Assembly (NCBI GenBank): GCA_020891255.1
Contig: BQFW01000002.1
Span: 1,922,001 to 1,986,000 of the forward strand
Length of the DNA: 64,000 bases
Reading direction: 5' to 3'
From: Entomortierella parvispora E1425
Taxonomy: Eukaryota > Fungi > Mortierellomycota
Of this stretch, positions 61,128 through 64,000 are shown piece after piece. Position numbers and translations under genes: made by a program. How positions within the stretch are numbered: the first letter of the stretch is position 1; each line of letters begins with the position of its first letter. The notes under the pieces are model-generated. The model was not told the DNA's origin. It did no database searches and worked only from the letters and a program-made list of their open reading frames with translations.

Positions 61128-64000
61128 CTAATATTCTGTCCAAGAAATATCCAAAAGACTACGAGGAAGCGATACTTTCCACAAGATAACTTTGCAGTTT
61201 GGCATCTGCTTCGTCATTATTGCCAGAAGCGCGGCCTGAAACGGCTCGCCCAGGTACGCCTTGTACAAGTTCAACTCTTGCAAGATAGCATCTGCAGGAA
61301 AGATCTCGACCGGGAGCCTCCTTTGTTCCAAGCCGATCATGGCCTTTGGGAATTCCAGGATCTTGACACGACTGTAATCGAGGCAACCCAAGACCTGTCT
61401 CCACTGCTCCGTCTTCATCTTCATATCAGACAGACGAAGAGACTCCAAGTTCGGACAGAGCTTCAAGATCTGAACCAGATTCTCGAGGGTCATATCCTTG
61501 AGGGTGTTATACGCGCCCGAGTACCTAAAACATCGGATCAACGACGGTCCCTTGAGGTGTACACTATGGTGGAGCTGGTTGATCACATCGTTCATGAAAG
61601 GGGAATTCAGTTCGAAACAGACGACGTATGGGAACACGTCCGAGGCCAACCTTCTGTGTTTCCCTTGAGGATATTTTATCCGAAGGGAGATCTCGCACAG
61701 CTGAGCAGGCCTACTTGGTGGTTGAGGAGACGACACCTCAGAAAAAGAAACGAGTGATCTCACAGGCGCGACCGTCGCCTCTTTTTCATCACGTTGCCCT
61801 GGAAGAGTGTCAGTCCGAGACATGGACGGTGCTTTCAATCCAAGGGGGTATTGAGACAGGACCCTGACCACTTTCAAAAGCTTGGACTGACCGGTGTCTG
61901 AGGTCATATCCGTCTTCAGGGCCACCAAGTTGCGGGCGATAATGAACTGTCGTAACTTTGTCGTGTGTTTTGGCAGCAACTCGGCCACTGCATTGATCTC
62001 TTCGTCACAAAAATCGTCGTCCAAGATGATGGTCTCCAAATCCAGCCAGTACCTCTCCAGGATCATGGTCTGGGCTCGAAGTCCGGAAAGCGGCGGTAAG
62101 GGGCGATCCAGGAGAAGGGATCCAGGCTCGGCACGATCAAAGGTTGCTTTAAAGGATGGACAGGTGACGTTCAGATACTGGAAATATTTGTGATTAAGGA
62201 GAAGCTCTTTGACGAGTTCGATTGTCTCGATGAACCGATACCCTTTGGGGCAAGCGAGGGAGAGCGTTTTGAGTTGGGGGCATTGATTGAAGAGCACAGT
62301 CAGCTTTTCAGAGTGCGCTCTTGGATCAAATAGAGAGTCAATATGGATCTCTTGTAGCCGTGTCTGCCTGTCTTGCCTAAAAGGCAACGACTTTGAGAAG
62401 AAATCGTCGATCTCCTTGAACTGAACCACCTCAAGTTCCGGACTGGTCAATAGGATGTGCACCAAATAGTTTGTACTCTTGCCACGACCAAACAATCCAC
62501 CCGTCGATCGACTGAGGTTTTTGAGATTGATCGTGATCTTATGGAGAGTCATCAGAGCAATGATGTTGCCCAGATGGTCCAACTCGACCACTGTTGGATC
62601 ACAATCTATCATCAAATCCAGCTCGCGAGCATTCTTGCACCCGCCAATCAGGTAGCTATAATTACGAAAGGACGTCGTCTTGTCCATCTTCAGGACCAAT
62701 TTCAGCCTGCGGTTCTCGTATTGATAAAAGCCTCGGTGCCAGTTGACCGAGACACGGAGTTCCTTGGCTGCCTTGGTGTCGAAAATGACATCATAGTGTG
62801 GATGACAAAGCCAGACCTCTCTGCTGTCGTCCTCTTCCATATTTCCTCGCAACAGATGGCCCAGATGCTGATCTTCATTCTTCTCGGATGCATGCAGGTC
62901 CTTGAAGTAGGATCGAATGCCGCTTAGGTCTGTTGTCTCGGCCATGGAATCAAAACTATATGTTCGAACGTGTTCCTCAAAAGACTTTTCATGGCCCTTC
63001 TTCTTCGTTTGGAGATACGAGATCATCTGGAAAATGCTGTGCTCAAGATCCTCGCGCACCGGTCGCATGTACTCAATGCCGCCTCGACCCTCTCTGGAGG
63101 TCCTACGGTAGTCCAATTCATTGAGCGAGGGGACAGTCTTTCCTTGGATTGGGAGCCCATGTTGCAACATTTGCAGCATGTTAAGAATGTAAGACCCATA
63201 TTGGTCAAAGAACTCAATCGGACGCTCTAGCTCATAGCCTGGATGCCCGCAAAGGTGCACGTGGCCCGGTATAGCGTTGAATTGGTGGGTACAGGGGACT
63301 TTCACCTTCATCGCCTCACCTCCGTAGCACAAAAAGTGCACTGTGAACTTGTTCTTGTCTGGGGCGATTTCGTCCAATGGATGACCATCCATAGGGAGAA
63401 CCAGAAAGAATCTCGGGCAACGCAGTCGTAGTAAAGGATTCGCGCAACCCTCTGGCGATATAGGATGTAACTGAGTCTGCTGTGAGGAAGAGCTCGGGTT
63501 TGGATCAGATGCATAGCCTATCATGCTAAGTGCTACTGGTGACGGTGCAACCCACACTCGCTTTTCCTCGACAGGAACTGTAACTGCGACTGTGTTGGGC
63601 GGGCACGAAGCTGAATACTTTGGTGGTAAACCATCTAAGCCATCGTTCTCGTTTCCTATCGTCGGTGGTGATGTGAGGGATTGAGCCAAGGATACCTGAA
63701 GAATGACTCCGGGGTAGCGTTTAAGTCGTTTTGGCTGATATCTACACTCTCCCATTCCCGTACGGGGTTAATTTGTTGTGTCCTTCATGATGTTGCTTCC
63801 CCCATATCTGAAGTCTTTAGATAAATGATTACCTGTGCCCATCCTTGTCTCGCATGTAGGCGACCATGATATTGTCTCGGCGCACATGTTGTAGTCCAGG
63901 GAAAAAAGTCTCAATGTCCTCCCAAAAAATGAACTTTTCGTCTGTTGTGGGATCCGTTGCAACCTCGATATTAATAATCTGGGATGAAGTGTCTGATCCT
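61128..64000 (-). CDS. Large LRR/RNI-like protein with N-terminal 'FWEDI..FPG..V..MRD' domain (5' end beyond window)
   Basis: Frame open from 64000: GSDTSSQIINIEVATDPTTDEKFIFWEDIETFFPGLQHVRRDNIVVAYMRDKDGHR. Intron 63742-63832 joins YQPKRLKRYPGVILQV of ORF 61128-63755. Also HPGYELERPIEFFDQYGSYILNML and LxxLxL repeats. Confidence 0.75.

Overview
Eukaryotic (fungal) genomic DNA with short GT-AG introns. The gene families (expanded F-box/LRR, Sel1-repeat, kelch-like TM and 'FWEDI-FP'/LRR proteins) point to an early-diverging fungus, probably Mortierellaceae; this is an inference. Housekeeping genes: EXO84, UBC13, trifunctional TRP1, MTHFR, a MOSC protein, pirin, YVH1, proteasome alpha-4 and an Angel/NGL-type EEP protein. 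Accessory content is interleaved: a decayed intron-containing IS630-Tc1-mariner transposase, a three-copy F-box array, a ~40-repeat Sel1 gene broken by one TAG, and a kelch-like gene pair. The most interesting locus is a minus-strand multi-exon gene at 46670-52372 that the ORF track splits into several fragments. It appears to fuse an XPG/FEN1-type PIN 5'-nuclease to a Fanzor/TnpB-like RuvC + zinc-ribbon nuclease with all catalytic acidic residues present. It lies between YVH1 and PRE6, with a tentative 9-bp direct repeat and degenerate TIR at its edges. Second is a Neverland/DAF-36-like Rieske sterol desaturase with a long polytopic N-terminal domain. All gene models were spliced by eye; no database searches were run.
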